DNA of 64,000 nucleotides from the NCBI GenBank assembly GCA_965202585.1, contig OZ241830.1, positions 38,006,001-38,070,000 of the forward strand. The letters run 5' to 3'. Both the position numbers and the translations under genes were made by a program. The notes beneath the pieces were generated by a model that worked only from the letters and a program-made list of their open reading frames with translations, ran no database searches and was not told where the DNA came from. The stretch comes from Thalia democratica. Taxonomy: Eukaryota. This document shows, in pieces, positions 1 through 13,727 of this stretch; within the stretch, counting starts at the first letter, position 1; the number at the start of each line of letters is the position of its first letter.

Positions 1-169
1 CAAGTTTTATCAGTGCTTTCAGCTCTGATTAAAATATTTATCTTTCTTTGTTTTCTGGAAAAAATATATTTAGAGATTAATACTTTTATTTACACAGATA
101 AAATGTTGACTGTTAAATAAAATTGTTTACTAATACACTAACAAGCTACAAACAGAAAAAAAGTATATA

Positions 170-1330
170 TTACAACTTTCTACAAACTAGACTCGACCAA
201 TGCTATTAATATGCTCAAAAAAAAAAACCCTACTCAGATGAAAAATGAATACTAATAGTAAAAAAGTTCCTGTTCATTGTATGTAAACTCTATTGAATTA
301 GTTGATCATTTAATAAATTATCCTTTAGTTCAACCTGGAACCTTCCAAGATGGCTTTGGTCTTTTAACTTGATAGATAGGTTACTCCAAAGCTTATTACC
401 TTGATAAGCTAGTAGTTTATGACCATTACTGCTTTTAAATCTTGGTAAGAAAAAAATGTTTTTGAGGACCTTGTTGAATTGCTATGTACTTAAGTTATAT
501 TTTTAATGTAACACTTAAAATTTACTGGTAAAAAATTATGTATAAATTTAAACATAAAAACTCCTAACTCATATTTAAATAAATTTTCAACATTAAATTT
601 TTTTTATTTATTTTAAAGTTTCTTACATGCTTGTGGTACTTTTAATAGTGAATGCACCTGAGTGCTTTATTTGAGAGTACATTGATTTCATTAACTTTTC
701 TTTTATTAGTTCCGCCCCAGCATAACAGACCATACCTTATATGGCTCATAAAAAGTGAATTAAAAATTAAGTATAAAAATATATCATTTAAAAAGTCACA
801 TACTACTTCTCTCTTATTAAACCTATTCAGAAAACCTTCTACAAATTTAGACAAAGCCATGGTAGTAGAGTGGTTCTCTCGAATCCAAACTGTGAATTGT
901 TTAAAATATCATTTTTAGTAAAAAAACTATATAAACGATGGTATATTACTTTTTCAATATTTTTATTTAAGTTAGATAAAATTGAAATCAGTCTATAGTT
1001 GCCTGGTAACTTTTTTAATCCTGATTTGGATATTTTAATTACTTTTGCTAATTTTAAACTATTTGGATATTTACTTACATAATATACTTGATTAATCAAT
1101 TCATTTAAAACTTTAGAGATAGGACTGTTATTTTTTTTAAGAATTTTAACTTGGATATTAAAATAACCATTGACCTTGTTTGAATCTAAGTTTTTTGTAA
1201 TTTTAAATATTTCTAATTCTGTTACATCTAACCAGAAAAAACTGTTACCAACATTTTTTATTTTGTCAAGAATGTCAAGTATGTAGAGTCAGTCAACAAG
1301 AAACTGTTTCTGATGCAACTTAAATAGTGT
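170..1330 (-). mobile_element. Degraded L2/CR1-type LINE, ORF2 3' part with internal deletion
   Basis: Minus-strand peptides LPGNYRLISILSNLNKNIEKVIYHRLYSFF..NNSQFGF (839-1099, RT N-terminal motifs), HIRYGLLCWGGTN..NKALRCIH (642-760) and FLPRFKSSNGHKLLAYQGNKLWSNL (~365-455) are typical of the CR1/L2 ORF2 C-terminus. Frameshifts and stops are present. Boundaries approximate. Confidence 0.8.
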
Positions 1331-2229
1331 TAATATTAATAGAAAATTAAGAGCAAGAGAAAATCAAAAACTAATGATGCATTGTTTTATGCCCTAGGTA
1401 TAGTTGTTATATATTATATCTGTATCAGAATTAGAGAAAAAAGATTCAAGCAGACAGTTCTAGAGTGATTATGTAGTTCCAGTAATTCAAAATTAATATT
1501 TTCATAGTTTATTGTAAAGTTATTATTTAATTATTTTTATCTAAGTGTTTTTCAATTTAAACTCGTAGTAGGTAATTATCATTTTATTTTCAACATTTCT
1601 TAATACAGCAGTCTCTTAGACAGTTTGTTTATAACAGAATAAGTTGTTATTATTTTCTTGCAATCATCTAAAAATATAGTTCTGTACTTATGTTAGACAT
1701 GTAAAAATAGCTTTTTCATTTCTTAATTTTTATAAATTGTATTTATAAATTATTTCATAAGTTTTTATAAAGTAATTTTTACTTGATAAATCATGTATGT
1801 ATTTATACTTCAATCATCAAGTTTAAAAAATGGATACATAGAAAATAAGTCAATATTTCTCGTGCTGTTTTCATTAAAGTTTATTGTTTTTACAGAAGAT
1901 AAGTAAGTTTTTCAGTTATAAAATTTTAGTTAAATTAAAAAAATAAAAATTTTAAAGACCAGTGCGAAGTAAAGAAAGTAGAAATACAAGATAAATTGCA
2001 AATTAAATTAAATTTTGGTTACTTATACTTTAGCAATTTTTATAGTTTTTGCACTTGGTTCTTGTTATCTTTGTGTTAATTATTTCAAGAAATAAAATAG
2101 TTTTTAAGTAGATAGCTTGATAATTATTAAAACAAAAATTACAAATTAAAACAATCAACAAATTCAAACTGTATTGTTATATATCAACATAATAAAGTAT
2201 TTGGAACAATCATATGAGAAAAAATTTAA

Positions 2230-2820
2230 AGAAATTGATTCCAAGTGTTAGTATACATTGTTTATTGAACAATAAAGAAAGCCCTCAAAAAGTTTGGTCT
2301 GAGGACTTGGTATAAGTTGCAATAGTCTATTTCCTTCAAGCAATTTGAGACTTTTTAGTTCAAAGTTAAGGTTGTCACTGTCTTGTAAGTATGTGTTTTT
2401 ATTAAATGTAATATACAGTAAAGTATCTTCTACAAAATTTAGTACTTTAAGCAAGTACTGTTTTGTAGGTCATTAACGTGTATAAGAAATAAAAGATGTC
2501 CTAGGACTGAACCTTGTGGTGCTTCTACGTAAATTTTTTCACGTGTTGATTCAAACCAACAAAAAATAACAAAATTTTACCTTTTAGTCCAGTAAGATTT
2601 AATTAACAATTGCATTTACCCTGTTACACCATAACATTCTAATTTGTTTAGCAAGATCCTTCTATTAACACTGTCAAATACTTTACTTAAATCAAGTAAT
2701 ACCAAACATACTGCTTCTCTCTTATCAAGCCTGTTCAGAACACCTTCTACAAATTCAGACAGATAATGTAGTAATACAGTAACGTTTGTGTAGTTTAAAG
2801 ATATCAAAAATACACATTTT
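2230..2820 (-). mobile_element. Degraded L2/CR1-type LINE, RT core fragment
   Basis: Minus-strand LDLSKVFDSVNRRILLNKLECYGVTG (2616-2807), EAPQGSVLGHLLFLIHVNDL (~2465-2528) and FVEDT (degenerate F/YADD) are RT motifs, broken by frameshifts. Confidence 0.85.
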
Positions 2821-3180
2821 TTTAACTTATAATTAACTTACTACATAAAATGGTCTAAAAACAATGTACTTTTAAAATCCTGGAAGAAATTCTGAAAACC
2901 TGGAGTAAATTTGCAAAAAAAAAAGTGGTAACTCTATAATTTTTGGTATGCTAAGCTAGCCATTTTTCAAAGACTTTGATACCATTTTAAACTATCAATT
3001 AAAGTTTTATAGACTATTGTGCCTATGATCAGCTGCCAAAAAGTAATTTATTTCAGTTTTACTAAATATAATCAAGTTATTCAATGTCTTCCTAACGCAT
3101 AGTTTTCCTATTGTAACATATTATTGTTTTAGTGCTATTTGTTACAAACATAAAGTCTCACTTACCTTCATTTAAAAACA

Positions 3181-6100
3181 ATGAATGAAAGCTCATCACT
3201 ACATTGGGCCCAGTATGGACAAACTTGTGAGTTTTCTAAATAGTCTTGTATAAAGTAAAATAATAATAGTTTTTTTCAACAGCTAATAATATAATTTTTA
3301 CTTATCTACTTAATGCAATTCAATTAACTGTGGTTTTTGAAAATGTCTAAAATGAAATGAATTTTAAACTTTACCTTGTACCTGTATATAAAATTTTTAA
3401 TAATTATTTTTTCATATTTGTGATTGATTTGATTTTAGAATGTTTTTTTTTTCATGTATTTAGGATAACATACACCAAGTAAAACAATCAAGAATTCTGT
3501 TTTTATTAGTGTCTTTTTTACAGATTATTATTTTGTTTTTACTATTAAATAGTTTATAAATACAAGATTATCTTGTCTTTTAAAATCAGTTTATTATTAT
3601 TTTAAATTATGAGAGCGCAAGTCAAAACAAAACTAAATATTTCGTTATAGGCTAAATAACTCTAAATTTTTAAATAATATATTTTTTTTCAGTTTTTGTT
3701 ACTATAGCAACTGTATTGGGTGCAGGGATTCTTGGACTACCTTTAAAAGTTTATCATTGTGGATTTCTTCCGTTTGTTGTAACATTTACTCCATCTCTTT
3801 TCATTCAGGTAGTTAACTAGGAAAACAAACTATATTAAAAAACAGTGACAATGATTTAAATTATTACGTTAACTGGTCTTAAAAGTAAATAAAGTAATAA
3901 TGGTAATTTATATCATTTGTAACATTTGTGTTTTACTGGTCTTCAAAGTAAATAAAGTTATAATTTAAACTCAGTTTAAAAAGTAGAGCTTTCAATCGAT
4001 TTCAGCTATAAACTATTAGTAAATTGCTAAATACATATTTTCAGAGATTTTAATAGATAAATGCTGAGTTTTTTTAAAGTTTATACATTTGTTCTATAAT
4101 CAATAGCTAAATCATTTTTTTATTTAGTACTTGTCTGAAAGTAATATTTTTTTAGGGTTATTATAAAATTTCAACGGTTTTCAATTAAAAAAACTGTACA
4201 TTTTAGAAATATCACAAAAATAATTTCTGTTAAGTTTTAGCTGATACAAAGAAACTATCATAGTAGCTTTAGACAACTTTTTTAAAAACTTAAAACGGCA
4301 AGATAATTATCATTATCCTATAAAATTTTACACAAGATCTTTACAAAACCCATTAATTGTTTATATTTGTTGGGAAATTCATGTTTAAAGATATTTTGGA
4401 AAGGCTTAAGGTCAAGTTATCTTGTATTTTTTTACATTTTTTATTTATTAAGCCTTTGGGAGTAGAAATCAAATAAAATGATGACCATTTTTTATACAAA
4501 CATTTGAAAATTTTTAACTATGCCTTTTTTTTTTAACTACTAAATTTTATTTTTAATGTTTGATTTTGAAATGGTTTAAGTTTACAACCAAGGTTTCCTA
4601 CAGTAGGCAATATCGATCCCTCAAGATTGATTTTGGCTGTCAGGGGCGATAATTAGTAAATGAGAGAAAAAGTAAATTGGTAATTAATTTGTAAAAAGGC
4701 AATGGTTAAAAACGAGCAATTATTTTTTAAATTTTCTCAAAGTGGAAAATTTATTTACCAACAATTTTTTTGGGTGCCACATTATGTTATAATTAAAACA
4801 GTCTTATAAAACAATAAATTAGTTATATAAATATTGTTCAAAGCATTACAACTGTTTGCTTTAAAGTTTAAATATTTTACAACAACACATGAAAAAATGT
4901 TTGTTAAAAAATTTAATTTTAATTTTCCATAATAATTTAATGATTTTTTTAACCATTGTGTTTAAGAAGAAAAGTGCTTGTCAAGCTGAAATATTTTATC
5001 TTTTTTTCTGCCTTTTATCAATTATTTTGGTTAAAACTATTTTAAGCACGTTAGAGACGTTGTAAATAAGACATAGATTAATGCATTACAGATGATCATA
5101 GTTCATTATACAGTCGAAATTTTACAAGTTTGTGATTCAGCACTCACAGATGGGCAATATTCTGAATACTCTTACTCTACCCTCAATAACGGTATGGCTC
5201 TTGCAAAAAGCAATTTTAAGTAAGTAGTGTTAAAAGTATGAAACTATGATAGTCTTACTTCACTATTTTTCACAATACATTAAAAAACAGCTTTACCTTA
5301 AACTAAGAAAGCTTAACAACCGACTGTAAATTAAGTTCAAACAACTGTTAAAGTGTAATATAATACTAGTAGTTTATTTGTATTGTTATTATTTAAAAAA
5401 TTTTAATGTGATTACAGTAAACAAAAAAATATGTAAAGAAACTTTAAGGTATAAGAAATGTTGCTATTTTTTGAATGAAGTATTTTACTAAAGTTATAAG
5501 TAAAATTTAGAAATAAATAATCGACCTGTTTTGTTTTCTTGAAAATATTAAATACCATGTCAGCAACTTAATTTTCAGAAATAAAAACCAAAAAGTGCAA
5601 AGCATGGTTGAGCAAAATTCTGAAAGTGATGACAGTGTTGATGAAAGCACCAACAAAATTGAAGACAATAAAAAGTTGACTGTTAATATTTTCATGCTCA
5701 GCAAACTGTTTTTACCAAAATGGTTGCAAGTTGTTTTCAACATCAGCTTAGCAGCTTATTTGTTAGTTATATTTTTATTTGATATAGATTAGTTTTTTTT
5801 TTTCTATCTTTTATTTGCTCTGTCAGAACTTTAGGCTGTAAAAATACTTGATAACAAAAAATAAGTAACTTAAAAGTAAAACTATCAGTATAAGTTTTAA
5901 ATAATGCCAAAAGAAAACTCTTTTAGACGCTTAAATATTTGACGTACAAATAAAGAATAACAACTAAATTGGCTTGTTTTTTAATAAAACTGTGAAAAAC
6001 TCTAAGGAAAATTTGTATAATAAAATTATATTTTCATATCTATGTATAAAGTGGGTTGGGACTATTCACAAACTTTAACAATTCAAATTTTATTATTTTA

Positions 6101-9100
6101 TTCAATTTTAATGGTGGATTAAAAACATTTTTAACAATTTTATATGACATATAAACATGCTAAGTTAATGTTTCTTTGTTTTCGTTATTTACTTAATGGA
6201 TTTAAAAATATCTACCAAACCTTTTTTTTGACTAATTTAATTATTTTTTACTTCAATTACAAATGGGTGTTTTCAAAAATAATTTAGTAATTAAAACAAG
6301 TTACTTTATAGCACGAGTATAATGACGACATACGCACTGGCAGGGGGTGAGGCGCTTGCACAGCTGTTCACAGTTCGGTTAGTTTTTAATGTAACGGTTG
6401 TTTCATGTGTAACTTTTTTCAACTGAGTTTGTATTATACAATTAACAATTACAAGCAAAATAGGATTAGTTTCTTGTATAAAGCTATGAGTATAAACTGA
6501 TTTTAGAATACTACTGTATAAACATAACAACAGTTGAATGATAATTATAAATTGTGTAGGCTCCAAAGTTCAAAAACTTAAAAATAGTTCAAGTTGTGTT
6601 TAACTACTGTTAATCTAATTTATTAGTTGGATATTTTACTCGTTATCAAGCAAAAACCTAAGTTTTTAAAGACTTTTAACTTGAAACAGTAAACTAAACA
6701 TTTTTTCAATATGCTTTTAAAATAGAACTAAATTGAGACACTTGCATTAATTTTTTCAAAGTTTGTTTTACGCTTGAACACACAAGTTTATTTTGTTACA
6801 GTCAAAAAATCACTACACCCTCCTTCTTATGGTTATTTTCCAGCGTAGTTTTGTTAGGATTTTCCTTCATAAAGCCACTTATTTCATCATTGACTCTTTT
6901 TAAAGGAACTGTTTTTGTATTGATGGTTTGTTAGGCTGAATTATATGGTTTATAAATAAATGTAAGCAAGTTTAACTTATACATAAACTTTTAACTTTCT
7001 CAACATTTAGATTAAAATTATTTTAGCTTTGTATTAATACTACAAAAGTTTTTATTTTTAGTGTTATTGGCTTTATGTAAATCAAGTTTACAGTTCTGTT
7101 GTTTTTATGAATTATTTCGTATCATTTTAGTACCTAAATTTTATTATTAAAGCGGACATGGTTTATAAACTTAAAAAAAGTTAACATAACAACTATTATG
7201 TTTTTATACTTTGCTGTAAAATGTTAATTATATGTTTATTTAACACTTATATTTTTTGTACATAAGAAAACTTTTTCAATCAATTTATTTAATTTTACAT
7301 ATAAAAAATTATTTTTACAGTCAGTAGTGGGACTGATATTGGGCAGCGAAATAAATCAGCCTTTCACCGTGGACTGGGGCAAGTTTTGGTACCCACTTTT
7401 GATGGAGTCTGTTGCTTTGACTGGAATGATCGTAGTAAGATTGTTTTTCAAATCGAATCGTCACATTTTAGTTGCATTTAGTTCTATTTTGCAAACCTGG
7501 TACTTGACAATTTAGGCGAAATAACCTGGTAAACCTAGAGTTGAGAAATTAAAAAAAAAACTGGAATTTTGAACAGATATCACTAAAAAACCTGGAACCC
7601 GAAACAGTTTTTAATTGTCAAGTAATGTATTTTTGTTTTTAGCCATATACAATATTTTATTTTGGTATCATTAAAATTTTTATTATTTTAAACATTTTAT
7701 AGTCGCATTACAGTTTTTTTGCAATATTTTTTTACTACTTTTCACATTTTTAACTTAAATTTAACTTGAAACGAAAAGTAGACAAAAACTTAGACTTTCA
7801 GAAACCTAAAAGAATTTTCAAAAAATCTTTGGCAACCCTGTTTGTACAATTGTAAATTAGTAATTTCAGTTTATTGTAAAATTTTCACTTTGTTTTAAAC
7901 TTATAATTGTACTTTTTTTTAATTACAGAAGTTAGATAAAAGTTTAAAGATTTTTGATTTTTTTCATTCCGAAAAAATTAAACCGAAAAGTTTTATGCCA
8001 TGAACTACTGATTACTTAGGTTTTGTTTCGATTTTTGTAACCACTCAACTTATAACACTGTCATTCAACTTTTATTTTGATTAGTTTAACTGACAGTATA
8101 ATTTTTGTTAATTGTTTACAAAGCTGTTTTTTAAATACAACTATAGCATTCCTTTTTATTTACTACTTGCTGGTGTACATACAAAGAAGGCCAACCTTCT
8201 TGATTACATATATACTTATTTTGTAATTAACAGTTAAAACTTGGTTTACAGAGTATTCCAATTCTTTACACGCCTTTTCGAAATGATAAAGTAAAACTCA
8301 GAAAGTTTAAGAATGCAATTTATCTTGGACTTTTTGTCACATTCCTATTAAATATTGTATGGTAAGTAAATTAGATTTGCTTTAATATTTTTTTTTGAAA
8401 TTAATGTTTTGTTCGATTTTTGATTAAGTTGGGTTAATTAACTATTTAATTAATTTCATTAATTGATTTCTTTTTCAATGTTAATCTTATTTGAATGTAT
8501 GACTTCTAAAGCTTTGAGTTATTTTTACTCTAAAAAGAGCTGCAAACATATCCTTGTCTGTGTGAATAGGTTTGAAATAACTGATAATGCTAGTTTAGAC
8601 TGTTATATTATAAAAATTATAAACACTATAAGTTTATGAAATAAGAACTAAAAACAAGCTATAAAGAAAAATTCCACTTTTTTTAGCCTACGTTTAACTA
8701 TTTCTAGACATTTAATTTGCTATGATACATATATGTTTTTACTGGGTAGGAGTCAAATATGCACGAAGGGACATTTTTGCACTAAGAAATTTTGCACAAG
8801 TTGAAAATTTTTTAAATTTTTTAAAAATTAAATTTTTTATTAAATTTTCATTTTTCATTTTTACTATCACTACTACCCCTTACCCTCGGTCGGTCGGCAA
8901 CTGAATTTTTTTCTTTTTATTTTTTTCTAAATTAACTTTATAATTTTTTTGTTAGTTATTATTTTTTTACTATCATTGTTACCCCTTAGCCTCGGTCAGT
9001 AGCTTTTTTTAAACTAATTTACTTTTCTTGTTTTTTGTAATAATTTTTATTAATAATTTTTTTATTTTTACTATCATTGTTACCCCTAAGCCCTTACCCT

Positions 9101-12100
9101 CGGTCGGTAAATTTATTTTTGCTTTTTTATTAGTATATCTTTTATTTTATCTTTTTTTTTTACTCTCGTGCAAAAGTGTCTTCTTGCATATTTGACCCGT
9201 TCCCGTTTTTACTTGCTCTATTATTTTATTAAAATCTTATCTTTAATTGTTTGTAGTTTATGTGTAAGCTACACTTTAATATTCTAATATGTCGAAATTT
9301 CTTGCCTATAATAAATAACCAAAGTTGTGAACGACCATGTTTTGTATTGATAGGGTATGGAGTACATTGAAAGTAGTAAAGCAGTTTGATGCTAGCTGCC
9401 ACAACAGTTCAAACATACCTACAAACATCACTGCATGTAGTCCCACTAAAAGCTTGGAGGCGTTAGTGTTTGTATATAAATGTTTTAGTTAGTTTTGGGA
9501 ATCATTAACAGTTTACTTTAGCAGTAGTTTATGTTTTAAATACTTTTCTCATAAAATGTTATAAATTTAATGTAACAATTTTTTATACACTAACAGTTGA
9601 ATAAAAAAATGTAAAAAGTTATGCTTTTTTTTTTACCAAACAGAACTATTTTCTAGTCTTTTTAGCTTTTTTTTACCTACAGAGCAGAAATAAATGGATT
9701 CATTTCAACCGTCCCTTTTACTGCTGTAAGTATTCAATTTTTATTATAAATTAATTTACAATTAGAATTTTTCTTCCTAAATTTTTTAATCAGCGTTTGT
9801 TAAAGCTTTATTTTTTCACATTCTACAAGCAATCACAAACAGGTGGTGTTGAAATACAAGCCAACATACGCCTGGATATCAATACTAGCACAGCTGTTTG
9901 TTTTGATTAGCATCATCGTGTCATTTATTACCATCGGTTCTTCTATGTATCACATCAGTTAGTTACTGCGAATGTATTGATAAGTTGATAATTTTTTGTT
10001 AACAAAGTATTGCTTATGCTTGGATAGGTTTCCAACAAGGCCAGGAAAAACTAAAAAAAAAGACAAAAGTGAGGAAAAATGGGGGTTTTTGAAAAAAAAG
10101 TCAGCAAATTTGAAAAACTTTGAAAAAAACATCATATTTTGTCAGTTCAAATTTTCAAAATTCCTTATCTTCAAAAGCCTTAAAATGGTAAAAAATTAGT
10201 AAAAAATCCTTTTAAGTCAGACTAAAATATCAAAATTTCCTGAAAATTTACAAAATAACTTAATTTCCAATGATGCCTTAATCTGGCAGAATCAAAAATT
10301 TTTAGAATCAAAGTGTTTTTGGTTTAAATAAATAATTAAGTTCTTTATAATTAAGCACTAAGTTTAGTATTTTATGTATCAAGTTTATAAGTATACTTTA
10401 CCTTTTTTTAATTGTTTCAAAAATGTTTAAATTTGCAAAATGGGTTTTACGAGAGGTATATGCCTTGGTTAAGTTTACTTATTTGTAATTTTTTGTAGAA
10501 TAACTTAAGTTTTTTAGATAAATAAGAAAATATTTGTTTGTTAAAATTTTTATACTAAATGATAAGAAGAAATATTTTATGTGTTTGTAAGTTAAAAAAT
10601 ACAAGTTTTTGCTGATAGAGCTGTTTATTGCAAATACATCAGTCGTACACATATGGTTCAAATTATGTAATGGAAGTTAGATGGTTGAATTCAGCAAACA
10701 AACTGTTTTTTTAACCTGCATAAAAATAATATTGAAAGCTTTATATAGTTTGAAATGTTTGATTAAGTCTTTTATAAAAAGGTTAAATTAATAGTTTAAT
10801 TTAGAAAAGTCAGGAAATTTTTCTCAGCTTGATCTGTGGCAGCCCTGATTGGTTGTTTGCAAAATTAAAATTATCTCCTAAACAATTAGATGCCTAACAT
10901 TTTCTGTATTTCTAAAATGTGTTTTACATATTTAATTTTTTTTAAATATTATAATCATGATACTTTTAGTTTTAATTTTTATGAAAGTTAACTTAAATCT
11001 TTTTAGTTTAATACAGACAAAAATAGTGTTAACTTTTTTTTTCTAATCTTATCATATGAGATTAAGGTTCGCTGACTTTTAAAGTAAGGCTAGTTTTTAA
11101 ATTTTTATTTTTAGTTATCGGTATGGTAGACTACTTGTTGGTAAATCGTAGAAGGCTTTCAAATAATCGGGGTGAGACGCAACCTCTTAATGACGGTTTA
11201 TCGAAAATCAACACTGACTGGTTAGTTTGAAGTTGTGTGTTAATAAGAGTGTGAATAAATGTATAAAAATTATTGTAAAGCACAGTGTTTCATGAAAAAT
11301 ATCTCATAACTTCGTATAGTTGTTTTTTGTTTTGCGTTCTTTAGTTAAATGTAAACTCTTTTAAAAATCATAAAATAGTTTAGTTGATAACTGTTGAGAA
11401 TTTAAGTTAAATATAAATGATTTACTCAAATTCTAATCGTTAATGTTTTATGCATACTTTTTGGAATTTTTTTTTCAATTTGTATCGTATCAATTTATTT
11501 GTTTTTTAAAAACAGGATGCATGACCTATTAAATCAACATTTTTTAAGTAGGTTTTTTGTTTTCGAGTACAGTTTTTAATAAAGTTTTTCATTATAAACT
11601 TTAAACTAGAAACACTTCAAGCTTAATTTTAAAATACTTCAAATATAAATCAAAAAAAAAATTATGAAATGTTTGAAAACTTAATTATCTTTTATGAATT
11701 TGAAATAAAGAAACATAAATAATCCTTAGAGTTGTTGTATTTGTAACTTTGGTATAAACTATGTTATTATAATTTTTTTTAATTTATTTGTAGGTGTTGG
11801 AGAGTTTTTGCTGGGTTCTGCAGTTTTCTTGTGATATTTATTGTTACAATGCTACAACCAAAAGTAAGTTTGTTATTATTTTTTAATATAAAAAAAGATT
11901 AGGTATACACCTTAATCTATTTCTACTGTTTAATTTTAAAAACGTTAAACATAAGTACTTTCGAAAGTTTTGGTTTTTACGAAACTTCTTAAAATAGTTT
12001 TGTTATTTGTAAAATCTAAGTAAAAACAGTTAAACAAAAGCTTTTAATTTTTCTCAAACCCTTTACTACATTCCAAATTCTTCATCAGCTATTTATAAGT

Positions 12101-13727
12101 AAAAAAAAATATAGAAAAAAAGCTCTTTTATTGGTTTTAGATTATGATTTATATTTTGTGCTTTACTTTTAGGTTGACTAACGACAAAAAAGTTTTAAAA
12201 GAATCCACTACTGAATTTACTAATTTACACTTGTGATAATAACAAACTGCTTTCAATATAATCTTGGTGAATAATTTGGAACTAAATACAGTTTTTATTA
12301 AATATGCATTATTAATTCTTGACTGCTAGTTTTAATTCAGTTAGCTTGAAAATTTAAATATTACTCCAGTAATATCAACATTTTACTAACTTGTAAAATT
12401 TACTAATGTAGCGAAACTTTAAATAAGTAAGCATGTTGCTAAATTAATAAACAGATTTTCAAAAGTTTTATTTATTAAATTTTTAATGAGAAACATTATA
12501 ATAAAATAAAGTATTTTATTAATGTTCAAAACACACCAAGTCAAAGTTTACAAACAAGAACTAGTGAAACAACTTAATAAAAAATGCATTCTTAAATCAA
12601 ATATGTATTTATTGCTATCATACTGTTTTTTAATTTTTATTTATTAGTTAAGATAAATTTTATATAATTTAAGATTTTATAAATATTAAAGTTTCATAAG
12701 AAATTAGTAGTTTTAAACAAGTACGGTTACTATAAAATATATTTTGTGTACTTTATATGTTATTTTGTTGTGGAGTTTAATGAATAATTTGTTTAATGTT
12801 ATTTTAAAAGTATAGTAAAACGTATAGTAAAACAATAATTTAATAAAAGTCTTCTTAAGCTATTACATAATACTAATTTTATTTAAAACAAACATTGTAC
12901 TAAATATTTTAAAATTAATTTAAACAGTATTTCTCATAACTATGTTGTTTAAAAATAATAACTGTAAGCACGTATGGAAAATTCACATCAAACAACTCAT
13001 GAGTCTTAACACGTTTTTATGACGTTTAAAAAAACTAAACATAAAAAATTTTATTAATAAACAAAGTTTACTATACAACACAGTGATTTTGAAGATTTTA
13101 TGCAATGTATGTTTATTTTCAGTTGAAATAAGTTGATTAGTATAATAATTAAAAAAAAAATTAAAACATAATATTACAGTTTAGTTTCGAGATAGTTTTG
13201 CATTTTGTTCAAATAAAAGTTTTCTTTGATCAACTAGATTTAATAAGTTTTACAATATATGCTTTCTTCTCAAAATAAAACAAATCAATTTATGGTTCTA
13301 GTAACAAACTCTTGTAAACAATTCTTATACATCACACTCAGGTTAAAAACTATTAGGTTAATACTTATGTTAACAAAAAATATATTTCAACTTATGAATT
13401 TTACAAAACATTATAATAATTTGTTAAAGTATGTAAAAAAAATTTCACAAACTAAAACTAAACTAAACACCACGCCTCAAAACAAAACAAGTACTCATTA
13501 AGGGACTCGTGAAGATAATGGACAAGGGCACGTCGCTGCTGGCCAGCTTCATATCTGGACCGGTCCTGCTGACCATGCACCACAGATCGAGCCTGCCGCC
13601 CTTCAGGCACCTGTCCGTGCCCCACAGGACCGACGCGCACTACCTTCCTCTCTTGTACCTGTCCACGCTGTACTGCGTCGCCGTCATCTCTTTCAGCATC
13701 GTTCTCACCGCCGTCAACTTGGCTTGA
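3181..13727 (+). CDS. 14-exon amino-acid transporter (APC superfamily, Aa_trans/Trp-Tyr permease-like), 517 aa
   Basis: Exons 3181-3226, 3693-3808, 5092-5219, 5579-5761, 6312-6377, 6802-6925, 7321-7434, 8252-8361, 9354-9461, 9683-9725, 9843-9957, 11115-11220, 11794-11863, 13503-13727. All introns are GT..AG, phases are consistent, total 1554 nt ending in TGA. TM1 motif FFVTIATVLGAGILGLP, then TYALAGGEALAQLF, about 11 hydrophobic segments, C-terminus QPKGLVKIMDKGTSLL..LTAVNLA. Confidence 0.88.
4589..4815 (+). mobile_element. Degenerate hAT-like MITE (CAGGGTTTCC family)
   Basis: Begins caaggtttcc and ends with aaaacagtcttataaaac, resembling the right end of the 46822-47129 copy. No TSD recognised. 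Confidence 0.35.
7536..7840. mobile_element. Degenerate hAT-like MITE (CAGGGTTGCCA family)
   Basis: Clear right terminus tggcaaccctg at 7830-7840, degenerate left end tagagttgag, and internal cctggaa motifs shared with 21789-22140. Confidence 0.5.
8744..9204. mobile_element. Short non-autonomous Mutator/Foldback-like element in a transporter intron
   Basis: GGG..CCC termini. Imperfect TIRs (gggtaggagtcaaatatgcacgaagggaca vs reverse complement gggaacgggtcaaatatgcaagaagaca). Perfect 9-bp TSD gtttttact at 8735-8743 and 9205-9213. Confidence 0.85.

Noticed and set aside
3167-3238. Antisense exon overlapping transporter exon 1 (minus-strand tag|...gaag|gtaagt)
   Set aside because: An isolated splice-signal pair with no partner exons or recognisable peptide.
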